64,000 nucleotides of DNA from a plasmid. Under the pieces are notes generated by a model that worked only from the letters and a program-made list of their open reading frames with translations, did not search any database and was not told the DNA's origin. Every line of letters starts with the position of its first letter. Position 1 is the stretch's first letter. The position numbers were made by a program, and so were the translations under genes. Of the stretch, positions 37,670 through 47,330 are shown piece after piece. Where the stretch lies: the sequence record NZ_CP024444.1; one strand, written 5' to 3'.

Positions 37670-39259
37670 CTAAAATGGCGACATGGTCATTTCATTTTGT
37701 TGTGCCATCGTTGGGGCAGGGGTTGGTGGTTCAGGCTCATTGACCAAGGTGTTGCGACCTTTTGGCGAGATTAAATCCAAGTCTTCTTGCGAATAGAACT
37801 CACGAATTGGTACATAGCTAAGTTTGCCAAAATTCGCATCAAGGCTATCAAGCATGGCTTGGGTTTCAAAATTCTTCACTTGAGGGTCGTCGGTCAAGCT
37901 TACGATGGTTTGGCGTGTCGATTTGCGCCACAAGTCTTTGATACTATCATCCCCTGACGTCAACCCTTTTTCTGCAATTAACTTTTCGACCAAACCACCA
38001 GCGTTGATGCCAGGATAGTCACTGATTAATTTAAACTCATAATCATCAGATAGGGGCTTACCGCCTTGGCTTGCGGCAATTTCTTGCATAAAGTTTTCAT
38101 AAGACCCAGCGTATTTAGGCTCAAACATTTTAAATTCATTGCCATTTTTATGGTCAAGCACGGCAATTTTGGCATCTAAATCCCAAAAGATGTTACGTTT
38201 TTCGTGATTAGGATGAATGACATTGTATTCACTCAATACCTCACGGGCTTGATCGACACGCTCACTGATATCATCAAACGCATTCCACACTTGCTCGCTA
38301 TGTTCAATGCTCACTTGGTATTGCGATTTACCTGTCGTTTGACTAATGTGTTCAACTAAGTGCTTATGAAAGGTGTTATCATCAAAAGCCAGTTCTTTGG
38401 CAAAATAAGTATTTAGGTCAGCCGATGTATTAAGATTTAGCTCGCCAATCTTTACCTTGCCCAATTCATCATGGTCAACGTTCACATCAAATTGCACTTT
38501 TGGTGGGTGCGTCGCATCATTTTCATGATGACGAGTGAAGGCTGCGCTAACTTGCTGCATGCCGATAAACTGTTTGGCAAAATCTTCACCAAGTTTAGCT
38601 TTGGGGTCGCTTATGCCATCGCTAATGATTTTACTAAATTTGTCACTCACAATGTCTGCCGCTTGCTGCGCATCGATGCCATAGTCTTCAGTTTTATCCG
38701 CTAGATGACGAGCCGCGATAATCGACGTGGTAACCTCACTTTCTTCAAAATAATCACGCAACTGGCTTACCAGCTTTTCACCTTCGGCACCAGCCCCGAT
38801 TTTATCTAACGTTTCACGAATTTCTTCGCCTATATCATGGGTCGTGACTTCCCAATTACCGCCGTTATTACGAAACGTCTGCTCGATAAAGCGTCCTTCA
38901 TCAAAGTTCAGCATGTCAATCTTGGTTTCTTCAACCCCGTTAACCACCGTGCGCTTAATCTCAATCCCGTATTCTTCCAACACTTCATTAGGAATATTTT
39001 CAATGGTAATTTGCTTATCTTGGTTTGGCGTGGTGGTGGTAATTTGATTGCCATCTAAGGTGAAATGGGGGTTATTGCTGACCAAATCTGCGGTATAAAA
39101 CGCCTTATTGTCATTATTGATGACGATGACTTGGTCAGGTTCTAGGTATTTTAGGTTATCAAACGTATTGCTACTTTGCTCGGGGTCAACTTTGTAGTCT
39201 TTACCGTCTTTACCTCGGACAATATCGGCAGTTACGCCATAAGAAAAGTTTTGTGGCAT
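37670..39259 (-). CDS. hypothetical acidic soluble protein (529 aa), candidate T4SS substrate/effector
   Basis: No signal peptide or TM; D/E-rich. It is the only reverse-strand gene inside the core cluster and has its own copy of the island motif about 17 nt upstream of the ATG. Confidence 0.45.
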   Translation of the reverse strand: MPQNFSYGVTADIVRGKDGKDYKVDPEQSSNTFDNLKYLEPDQVIVINNDNKAFYTADLVSNNPHFTLDGNQITTTTPNQDKQITIENIPNEVLEEYGIEIKRTVVNGVEETKIDMLNFDEGRFIEQTFRNNGGNWEVTTHDIGEEIRETLDKIGAGAEGEKLVSQLRDYFEESEVTTSIIAARHLADKTEDYGIDAQQAADIVSDKFSKIISDGISDPKAKLGEDFAKQFIGMQQVSAAFTRHHENDATHPPKVQFDVNVDHDELGKVKIGELNLNTSADLNTYFAKELAFDDNTFHKHLVEHISQTTGKSQYQVSIEHSEQVWNAFDDISERVDQAREVLSEYNVIHPNHEKRNIFWDLDAKIAVLDHKNGNEFKMFEPKYAGSYENFMQEIAASQGGKPLSDDYEFKLISDYPGINAGGLVEKLIAEKGLTSGDDSIKDLWRKSTRQTIVSLTDDPQVKNFETQAMLDSLDANFGKLSYVPIREFYSQEDLDLISPKGRNTLVNEPEPPTPAPTMAQQNEMTMSPF

Positions 39260-39278
39260 GGGAATATCCTATCATGGT

Positions 39279-39289
39279 TCGCTAAAAAT
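39279..39289 (-). promoter_or_regulatory. island motif copy on the minus strand (TTTTTAGCGAA)
   Basis: About 17 nt upstream of the minus-strand start at 39259. Confidence 0.55.
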
Positions 39290-39349
39290 TAATTACCCGA
39301 TAAAGGGTGATTAAATATTAGCATACTCACATGCGCTTAACTATGAAGT

Positions 39350-39757
39350 TTACAATTGGCTTATTGTCCTGGCATTCAACATTTCGCATGGATTTTTTAG
39401 GCAAGTGGGGTCGACACTATAGGCAGCATAGCTTGCTGACCAAAACACCCCTTCATCCACAGATAGCATGCCACTCGCCTCGCGTTTTAATGCCTTTGTC
39501 GATGCACTTTTGAAGCGATTGACCAGTGATGAAACACTGATAGTCGCAGGATAACGCACAATAAAATTAATGCAATGTGGCTCATACTCAAATATTATGA
39601 GCTGACCGCCGTTTAAATCGCATACCCTAAATATAGCCTCTTTGATGATAGCTTGTGTTGTATCATCAAGTTTATGGGCATCATTTAAAATATAGAACAC
39701 TAAATATGTATAAAGGTATGAAACCACGAAGCGACGGTCTTTAAATCCCCTTGACAT
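39350..39757 (-). CDS. IS200/RAYT-like (Y1 HUH superfamily) protein with degenerate HuH motif
   Basis: 135 aa. ..IIFEYEPHCINFIV.. aligns with the RAYT HuH region ..VVLPEHMHCIW.. but lacks the second His. C-terminal ..YAAYSVDPTCLKNP.. resembles the RAYT catalytic-Tyr region ..YIYINPVKHG... Confidence 0.4.
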   Translation of the reverse strand: MSRGFKDRRFVVSYLYTYLVFYILNDAHKLDDTTQAIIKEAIFRVCDLNGGQLIIFEYEPHCINFIVRYPATISVSSLVNRFKSASTKALKREASGMLSVDEGVFWSASYAAYSVDPTCLKNPCEMLNARTISQL

Positions 39758-39870
39758 ATCATTAGACCTATTTATAATTTGAAAGCAATGTTTATTCTAA
39801 TCTTATCATTAATACAATAAACATCCTACAAGCAAACTTGACTACGGGTGTTCACGTCAGTCATTTTTAA

Positions 39871-39881
39871 TTTTTAGCGAA
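39871..39881 (+). promoter_or_regulatory. island motif copy (TTTTTAGCGAA)
   Basis: About 160 nt upstream of the SNase-like lipoprotein gene; followed by the inverted repeat TTGTCAATAACTTGACAA. Confidence 0.45.
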
Positions 39882-40042
39882 TATTAACTTTAGTTGGACA
39901 TTGTCAATAACTTGACAAAAATATAAGATAATTTAACACACTTGTTGATAAATACGTTAAACTGTCTTAACTAACTATATACCAATTGGTTAGCATAAAA
40001 GTTAATGTTAAGTTCTTAACCAACCACCTTATGCGAAACTTT

Positions 40043-41080
40043 ATGAAAAAATCTGCATTGGTTTTTGTGAGTTTATTGGCTGGCGTGTCGATGACGGCAT
40101 GTAGTTCAAACAACCAATCTAAACAAGCAAAAGCCGCATCTGCGCCAGCCGCTACCGATGTACATGAAGCACAAGATACATGGGTCGCAAACGCTATCGT
40201 TGACCCACAATTCAAACTCACCCAAGAATATCAAAAATACGTCAGCAATCCCAATTACACACCCATGCTACAAAACATACCACATTTGATTGGTATGACA
40301 TCTTCAGAGCAATCCGCTTTACTTGCACAAAACCAAAGTGTTTTAAATATCAATAATATTGATTATATGTTTACCGCTGATACCTTGATACTACAACCAC
40401 AAGGGTTATTGAGCTCTAATATCAAATCAAATTTTGCCTTGCCACCCGGCAATTTAAAACTACGCCTATTGGATATTGATTGCCCAGCGCATGACCAATA
40501 TGGCGATAAAGAGGCACAAGCGCAGCTAAAAACCTTAATTGATTTTGCAAAATTGCCTGTACCAACACCGCGCATCGAATTTTACTTTAATAATGCCGAC
40601 TCGTCGGGTCGTCTGCTTGGCTATTTAACCGTCTTATATAGTAATGGCTTGCGTATTAACTTAAATAGAAGTTTGGTGGCCAGTGGTCAGTGCTTTAATC
40701 ATGTTGAAGGCAATCAAGACCCTATGATGTCGTTTATCCAAAACATGGCTAAAGCATCACAAACAGGGATATGGGCGCAAGAACAAACCTTGCGTAAACA
40801 AAATAAGTGGGTCATGCCAGCCGATTATAGAAAGGTGCATCCCGATCCAACCAATATTGATATCCCAGCAGGCATAGTCAGCAATCAACCAATAGTAGGT
40901 CTTGCATCGGCAACCGCAGGCACGGTGATGCCGACTGCATCAACGCCCATTGCGACCACCACAACCAACAATAAAACTGTCACCGTTACCACTAACCCGA
41001 CAACAGGTAGCACCAATCAAGTGGTAACAACGACCAATAGTACCGTAGTAAAACAACCAGCTGCACCAACAGTTAAGTAA
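40043..41080 (+). CDS. staphylococcal-nuclease (SNase/thermonuclease)-like lipoprotein
   Basis: Start moved to the MKKSALVFVSLLAGVSMTACSS lipoprotein signal. SNase-like ..LRLLDIDCPAHDQYG.. and ..GRLLGYLTVLYSNGLRINLNRSLVASG.. motifs. C-terminal T/N/P-rich low-complexity tail. Confidence 0.55.
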   Translation: MKKSALVFVSLLAGVSMTACSSNNQSKQAKAASAPAATDVHEAQDTWVANAIVDPQFKLTQEYQKYVSNPNYTPMLQNIPHLIGMTSSEQSALLAQNQSVLNINNIDYMFTADTLILQPQGLLSSNIKSNFALPPGNLKLRLLDIDCPAHDQYGDKEAQAQLKTLIDFAKLPVPTPRIEFYFNNADSSGRLLGYLTVLYSNGLRINLNRSLVASGQCFNHVEGNQDPMMSFIQNMAKASQTGIWAQEQTLRKQNKWVMPADYRKVHPDPTNIDIPAGIVSNQPIVGLASATAGTVMPTASTPIATTTTNNKTVTVTTNPTTGSTNQVVTTTNSTVVKQPAAPTVK

Positions 41081-41129
41081 AAAATCTGTCGTTTATCGAC
41101 AGTCTATTGTTTGAAATAGAAATTAATTA

Positions 41130-41137
41130 TTAGCGAA
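41130..41137 (+). promoter_or_regulatory. island motif copy (TTAGCGAATAAGAGG)
   Basis: Same motif + SD arrangement as at 32793, upstream of dotO-like ATG 41150. Confidence 0.55.
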
Positions 41138-41149
41138 TAAGAGGTTTGA

Positions 41150-44100
41150 ATGAGCATTGTTAACAATGTACAAAATATTGTATTAAGCATCCTGCATGCG
41201 CTAAAAGCCAATGTGGAAGACTATTGCGACCTTGAAACCACCGATGGTCCTACTGAATTAGTATTTAAAAATGGCGGCATGATGACCCTTGTTCGGTACG
41301 ACGGGTTGTTATCCATGATTACCCGTGACATCTTTGATGGTATGAATGACCGTCTTACTGAAGAAATGGCACCGTTTTTAAACAAGTCAGGTCATAAAGT
41401 CTGTATGATGTTTCGACGTGACTTAGATGCCAACTCGTCGCTTCAAACCATTAATCAGCTGCAAAAGCAAACCTGTGAACGCTTGAACTTAGACTTGGGT
41501 TATCTGATTGATGAAAATACCGAAATTTACGAAAAATATATCTATGACGAAGAGTGCTACATTGCCTTAATCACCTTGCCATCCGTTTTAGATAAGGTTG
41601 AGCGTGAAAATCACGAAGAGTATTTAAAGTCGTTCATCGCGCCAGCCATGAAGGATGCGCAAAATCTATCTGCCCCCATTCCCACCTTACGTGCTCGCCA
41701 CTCTTCATTTGTTGAAAAATTCATAACCACCATCAACAACAAAGATTTCTATGTTAAAGCGGTTAAGGTCAACATCCTTGATGCCCTAGCGGTCGTGCGT
41801 CACCAAGTAGCACCAAATACCTCCGACCGTCGCTGGCGTCCGGCAGTTGCCTTAGGTGCTGCCAATGCGCGTGAATTAGGTATTAAGTATCGTACACCGC
41901 TACGTTGGCCAACCACCAGCAACTCACATGATTTTTCACACATGTTGCCGCCATCATTGCCTGAACAAATCATGTTTAATAACATTAATATTTTAGGTCC
42001 CAAAGAGGGCTTGCCACCCAATACCATTGCTACCGATGGTCGTTTGTATGCCACCACCATGATGAATATTCCGCCAACCCAACCAGCGGTATTTGAAGCC
42101 TTATTCAATAGCTTTAATGAGTCATCGTCAAAGGATAGTATGGGGCGCATTCGCTCGATGCCATACTCAATTTGTTTTATGTTGACGGGTGACGGCTACG
42201 CAGGGCATGCGGTGAAAAAAGCCTTTATGCAGTTTTTAAGCAAAGTGCCACCAAGCACCAATGAAAATTTAAAAGCAGCAACCAGTCAGCTGTTAGAATA
42301 TAAACGTGCCGATGTACCCTTGGTTGCGTTTCAGATATCAGCCATGACGTGGTGTGATGATGATGCGTTTGGACGTGAGGAAATCCGTAAACGTCGTACT
42401 CGCTTAATTCATACCTTATCTACTTGGGGTGGCATGAGCTGTGTTGAACGTGCTGGTGACCCTGTATCGATGTTTACCAGTAATATTATTGGTTTATCAG
42501 ACACTTCAATTGCACCAAAGGGTGTTGCGCCTCTACCACGCGCATTTGAAATGATGCCGTTCACCCGTCCTGCATCGCCTTTTTATAAAGGCACGGTACT
42601 GCGTCGCACCCAAGATGGTAAAGCGATGATTTTGGAACGTTTCTCGTCTGAATTAAGCACATGGATTTCGCTATATTCAGGTCGACCGGGTTCGGGCAAA
42701 TCGGTATCGCTTAACAACGACTTAACTGAAACTTGCTTTATGCCGGGTATTGAGCGACTGCCGTATATTACCGTGATTGACGTGGGTATTAGCTCGACAG
42801 GTTTTATTAATCAGCTGCGCAATGGGCTACCTAAGCACCAACGCTATCTTGCTGTCACCAAGCAATTAAGAAAGTCGCGAGAGTATGCGATCAATCCATT
42901 TGATATCAAAGTGGGCTTAACCCGTCCGCTTGAAACCGAAAAAAACCAAATGGCCAGTTTCTTAACCTCGCTATTAACCCCTAAAGAAAAACGTGAACCT
43001 TATAACGGCACTTATAACTTCGTCCTGTACCTTATCACTGAAGTATTTGAGTCAGTAAATGAAGGGGAAGAGAAGGGGTCATCGAAAATCTATCGATACG
43101 GTTATGCCCCTGAATTGGATGATTACTTAATCAATAACAACATCATTCGCTTTGGTACTAAACAAGTGGCTGACGGGTTTGGTGGTCTTAAAAAAATTAT
43201 TGACGGCGATGACATTGAATCGGTCAGTTATTATGAATTAACCCGACGCTTACATGTGATTGGTACTAAATTTGGTGGTGATGAACGCGCATTGGCTTGG
43301 CGTGCTCGTGACTTGGCGCATCGAAACGCAATGCCAACCCTAGATGACATTGTTAAGGTGTTAAATAAACCTGAAACCACCAAACGCTATAAAAACAAAA
43401 TCGAAACTGAAGAAACCATTGTTGAATACGCCTCGCGTGTTATCAATGAGGTAATTAATAACTACCCATGTTTTGCCAATACGACACGTTTTGATGTCGA
43501 CACAGCTCGCGTGGTCGCGCTTGACTTAAACGATGTGGTGGACGTAAATAACCCACAGCAAACCTCGTTGTTTTATCAAATCGCCCGTATGGTGGGGGTA
43601 AAAAAAATCTCACTAACCGAGCAGGATATTGAGTCTGAAGCCATCCCTGACTTGTTTAAACCGTATTACCGTGACCTGTTCCGTGAAATCTCACAGGACC
43701 GCAAAATCCTTGCTATGGATGAAATGCATAACTTGCAGGGTGAGCCTGTCCTCATGGCGCAGCTTGAGAAAGACTGCCGTGAGGGTCGTAAATGGGGACT
43801 TGAAGTTATTTTGGCGTCCCAACGTTTAATCGACTTTAAACGCATTGTCGGCTACGCAACCACGTTAAACATCTGTAGTGAGCCAGCTGGTGAGGACTTA
43901 GCATTACTGCGTGAAAACTTCCGTATCAACGACACCATGGTAGACCAACTGTCACGCATTTCATTGGGTCGTGAAGGCTTAAGTTATTTCTCTTACATCG
44001 TCGGTAAAACCGATATTTATTGTTCAATGCTTACCATGACGGTAGGTCCAAAACGCTTATGGTCGCTGACCACCGATGCTGATGACCGTATTTTACGTCA

Positions 44101-44359
44101 GTATATGTTTGATATCGCTGGCGACAGAAAAACCGCGATCAATGCACTGGCGTTTCGGTTCCCGGGTGGTGCTCGTAACGCCATTAGTGACCTACGTGAG
44201 CAAGTTAAGCTTAAAAGCTCTGACCTATCTGAAGTTGAAATGGAAAAAGAGGCTGGCAACTTGATTGAGAACTTGGCTCGCGAAACGTTGTCGATGTGGG
44301 ACCAATTCCAATTAAATATACAAGCCGACGAACAAAGCGGCTTGTTAGCGTTCGCATAA
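41150..44359 (+). CDS. dotO/icmB: DotO/IcmB (TraU-like) VirB4-class T4SS ATPase
   Basis: 1069 aa; Walker A ..YSGRPGSGKSVSL.. and Walker B ..ILAMDEMHNL..; follows the dotN-like gene as in Legionella. The motif TTAGCGAATAAGAGG lies upstream. Confidence 0.7.
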   Translation: MSIVNNVQNIVLSILHALKANVEDYCDLETTDGPTELVFKNGGMMTLVRYDGLLSMITRDIFDGMNDRLTEEMAPFLNKSGHKVCMMFRRDLDANSSLQTINQLQKQTCERLNLDLGYLIDENTEIYEKYIYDEECYIALITLPSVLDKVERENHEEYLKSFIAPAMKDAQNLSAPIPTLRARHSSFVEKFITTINNKDFYVKAVKVNILDALAVVRHQVAPNTSDRRWRPAVALGAANARELGIKYRTPLRWPTTSNSHDFSHMLPPSLPEQIMFNNINILGPKEGLPPNTIATDGRLYATTMMNIPPTQPAVFEALFNSFNESSSKDSMGRIRSMPYSICFMLTGDGYAGHAVKKAFMQFLSKVPPSTNENLKAATSQLLEYKRADVPLVAFQISAMTWCDDDAFGREEIRKRRTRLIHTLSTWGGMSCVERAGDPVSMFTSNIIGLSDTSIAPKGVAPLPRAFEMMPFTRPASPFYKGTVLRRTQDGKAMILERFSSELSTWISLYSGRPGSGKSVSLNNDLTETCFMPGIERLPYITVIDVGISSTGFINQLRNGLPKHQRYLAVTKQLRKSREYAINPFDIKVGLTRPLETEKNQMASFLTSLLTPKEKREPYNGTYNFVLYLITEVFESVNEGEEKGSSKIYRYGYAPELDDYLINNNIIRFGTKQVADGFGGLKKIIDGDDIESVSYYELTRRLHVIGTKFGGDERALAWRARDLAHRNAMPTLDDIVKVLNKPETTKRYKNKIETEETIVEYASRVINEVINNYPCFANTTRFDVDTARVVALDLNDVVDVNNPQQTSLFYQIARMVGVKKISLTEQDIESEAIPDLFKPYYRDLFREISQDRKILAMDEMHNLQGEPVLMAQLEKDCREGRKWGLEVILASQRLIDFKRIVGYATTLNICSEPAGEDLALLRENFRINDTMVDQLSRISLGREGLSYFSYIVGKTDIYCSMLTMTVGPKRLWSLTTDADDRILRQYMFDIAGDRKTAINALAFRFPGGARNAISDLREQVKLKSSDLSEVEMEKEAGNLIENLARETLSMWDQFQLNIQADEQSGLLAFA

Positions 44360-44371
44360 TAAGGAAACATC

Positions 44372-47317
44372 ATGCCAGCGTATCAGGGTAATCAATTAAA
44401 ATATAAGCCAACCGAACAGCGTGCTGAAACCAAACGATGGTCAGTACGCATGGCGGAATACTGGAAAACCTCTGAAGGGGCGACTTTCCTAGCAGGGACT
44501 TTGTCGGTTATCGGACTGGTTTCATCATTTTTCCCATTAGGGGGTATTCTAGCTTATCTACCGCTGCGTATCTTATCTCGCAATTTTTTATACCCTGAAC
44601 GCAATTTGCATGATATGCCTATTCGGGTACCAAAATACTTGGGGCTGCCCGATGGCTCTATCGATGCAACCGCCCGAGGTATTAACCCTAAAACCCAACC
44701 TGACAAGCTACTAGGTCAAGGCGTCACCTATCTTGGGATTGACCGCCAAACAGGTCGCCAAACCTATATTAGTAACTCGGACGTGCGCACCCACATGACC
44801 ATCATTGGGACCACAGGTTCGGGTAAAACTGAATTTATTTTTAGCTTGATTGATAACCAGCTTATTCAAAATAGTGGCTTTATCTTCGTCGATGCCAAAG
44901 GCGACATCAATTCACAGCGTACCGTCTGTGCGATGTTGCGTCGCTATATGCGTGAAGATGACATGCTGTCTATTTCATTTGGTGCGTTCGGGCGTAACTT
45001 TATGGAAGCCCAGCTTGATAAGCCAACCAATACCATGAATATCATGGCAAGTACCAGTGATGGTATGCTAATTGAGCTGTTGGCTGGCATGTTAGATAGC
45101 GGTGGAGGTTCATCTGACCTGTGGGTGGGTCGTGCAGTTGCTTTTGTGGGTGCGCTGACAAGACCACTGGTGTTCTTGCGTGACCGTGGCGAAATTAACC
45201 TGTCACCAAGCACGTATATTGAATACATGGAATTAAGCGAAATTGAACGCTTGGTATTTGAGCGCAATAACGATTATCCTGGCTTTGATGAAGTGTTGGC
45301 ACCGCTACGTTCTTACCTTATCACCTTGCCAGGTTATAGCATGGCCAAACGTGCCAAGGGTGAGGCACAAGACCAAAAAACCAATGAGCAGTTTGGTTAT
45401 ATCACCATGCAGCTAACCCGTGCAATCAATGACTTGTCCTACACCTATGGGCATATTTTTGGGGTCGAGCAAGGGGATGTGGATGTCGTCGATGTTATTT
45501 TAAACCGTCGCTGTTTAACCATCTTATTACCAGCCCTAGAACGTTCGATTGACTCATTGAATATGCTAGGTAAGCTCATTATCGGTAGTATCAAGCAAAT
45601 GATGGCAGGCTCGCTTGGTAATAAAATGGAAGGCTTGATCCGTGTGACCGTTGACTCACGCCCAACCACCGCAAATGACGCCTTTCAAATCATCCTAGAT
45701 GAAGTTGGGTACATGATGGTTCGCGGCATGTCAATTATTCCGGCACAAGCTCGCGCATTGAATATTGGCATGGTGTTTGCGTCACAATCGTACACCGATT
45801 TAAAACGTGGGTCAGCAGAAGAGGCTGAAGCGATTTGGGCAAATACCACCATTAAGGTCGTGGGTCGTTTAACTGAATCTGAAGACGATGAAACCATTCG
45901 TAAAGTTAAAGGTGTCGCTGGTCAATACGAACAGATGGTAACCAATAGCTATGACTATCAAGGTACCGATGTTGGCTATCAATACAACCCATCGCAATCC
46001 GTTCACCGCGAAATGCGCTCGCAAATCAATATGCAAGACTTGGGTGGTCAGCAAGACGGTGAATTCCATGTGGTGATTGGTAAGAAATTTAATGGTGGCA
46101 AATCACAAGGTTTAGCGGTTGTCCGTATTCTAGGTTTCTATATGGGCAAGATTGCTGAAGGCTCTCACATGTACCTAAATGACCTCGCGCCAGCACCCAT
46201 GCCCGATAAACGTAAATTTTTACATCTAAAAGAAGTCACCCAGCAATTACAAAGTGTGATTGAAAAACAGCAGTTAAGCCATGAGCTCAACAACAATATT
46301 AGCCAAACTGCCTCTATCCAAAAAACCCAAACCAATCGCTTAAGAAGTGAGCGAACGCCAGTTGGAACCGATAAAAACAATATTATTTTATTCCTGCGCC
46401 ATGCCAAACAAGAGATTATGGCGCATGCTGACGACTATGGTAGTCGCGCCTTGGTGACCGAGTTAACCCTTAATCGCTTGTCTGAAAGCTTGCAATCAGT
46501 GTTTAATAGCGAAGTGGTATTGCCTGTTAACCGCTTACGCAACGGCTCTATCAATCCAATGCAAGATGACGACGTCACAGGCTTTGTGGTGAGTCATGCC
46601 CCTGACATGCTGGATAGCAACTTGGTGACGGCAATGTCTGCCAATTTTGCGCAAACAGGCTACACCTTTGACCGCAGCTCGCATGAAGCAACCTTGCGCC
46701 ATCACTATGAGCTTGCTGAACAGCTACGCCAAGACGCTGAATTGGCGCGTTTAGAATCCGTGTATGCCGATAGTGATTTCCTTTGGGAAAGCCGTAAAAA
46801 TCAGCATTTTGATAGCATGTACCTAAACAATCATGGCGCATTGCCAAGCGATGCCTCGAACACGCCTGAAATGCAGGCATTGTCCCAGCAATTTGAAGAA
46901 AGACAGCTGCTACAACCACTGGCAATGACGGTGTTGTTTAATAACCATGAGATTAATGCCGCCATGAGCAATCCTGAACAGCTGCCAGCGGATGTTGACC
47001 CAACGTGGTTGTTAAATGCCAATGCCATTAAAGATGCTGACCAGTTGCGTAAAAAAATCCAGCAATACCTTGCCTTGCATCACACCCAAAACGAGGCGAT
47101 TGCTACCGAACATCAAATGCTATGTTTCTCAAACCGCTTAAGTGCCTCTATTGCTACCCAAAATGAAGCATTAGACAACCTTGGTAAAAACCGTCCTGTA
47201 TCGCCAAGCCGTTTCTTTGAAGATATGTCAGATAACAACTTACAAGAAACCTTTAAACGACTACGAAACAATGCATTGGTCGCACAGCAACAGCCAAAAA
47301 AAGATGACAGCCAATAA
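44372..47317 (+). CDS. dotL/icmO: type IV coupling protein (DotL/IcmO / TrbC-R64 / VirD4-TraG family) with long C-terminal extension
   Basis: 981 aa; N-terminal TM (..FLAGTLSVIGLVSSFFPLGGILAYL..), Walker A ..IIGTTGSGKTEF.., Walker B ..QIILDEVGYM... Translationally coupled to the dotO-like gene with a 12-nt gap. Confidence 0.7.
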   Translation: MPAYQGNQLKYKPTEQRAETKRWSVRMAEYWKTSEGATFLAGTLSVIGLVSSFFPLGGILAYLPLRILSRNFLYPERNLHDMPIRVPKYLGLPDGSIDATARGINPKTQPDKLLGQGVTYLGIDRQTGRQTYISNSDVRTHMTIIGTTGSGKTEFIFSLIDNQLIQNSGFIFVDAKGDINSQRTVCAMLRRYMREDDMLSISFGAFGRNFMEAQLDKPTNTMNIMASTSDGMLIELLAGMLDSGGGSSDLWVGRAVAFVGALTRPLVFLRDRGEINLSPSTYIEYMELSEIERLVFERNNDYPGFDEVLAPLRSYLITLPGYSMAKRAKGEAQDQKTNEQFGYITMQLTRAINDLSYTYGHIFGVEQGDVDVVDVILNRRCLTILLPALERSIDSLNMLGKLIIGSIKQMMAGSLGNKMEGLIRVTVDSRPTTANDAFQIILDEVGYMMVRGMSIIPAQARALNIGMVFASQSYTDLKRGSAEEAEAIWANTTIKVVGRLTESEDDETIRKVKGVAGQYEQMVTNSYDYQGTDVGYQYNPSQSVHREMRSQINMQDLGGQQDGEFHVVIGKKFNGGKSQGLAVVRILGFYMGKIAEGSHMYLNDLAPAPMPDKRKFLHLKEVTQQLQSVIEKQQLSHELNNNISQTASIQKTQTNRLRSERTPVGTDKNNIILFLRHAKQEIMAHADDYGSRALVTELTLNRLSESLQSVFNSEVVLPVNRLRNGSINPMQDDDVTGFVVSHAPDMLDSNLVTAMSANFAQTGYTFDRSSHEATLRHHYELAEQLRQDAELARLESVYADSDFLWESRKNQHFDSMYLNNHGALPSDASNTPEMQALSQQFEERQLLQPLAMTVLFNNHEINAAMSNPEQLPADVDPTWLLNANAIKDADQLRKKIQQYLALHHTQNEAIATEHQMLCFSNRLSASIATQNEALDNLGKNRPVSPSRFFEDMSDNNLQETFKRLRNNALVAQQQPKKDDSQ

Positions 47318-47330
47318 AGTGAGCAACGCT

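Noticed and set aside
39986-40042. Upstream extension of the nuclease ORF (MVSIKVNVKFLTNHLMRNF..)
   Set aside because: It precedes a textbook lipoprotein signal peptide (MKKSALVFVSLLAGVSMTAC); the start was moved to 40043.
44850-47028. Multiple short ORFs (62-116 aa) on both strands within the coupling-protein gene
   Set aside because: Contained in the 981-aa ORF with Walker A/B motifs; no independent support.
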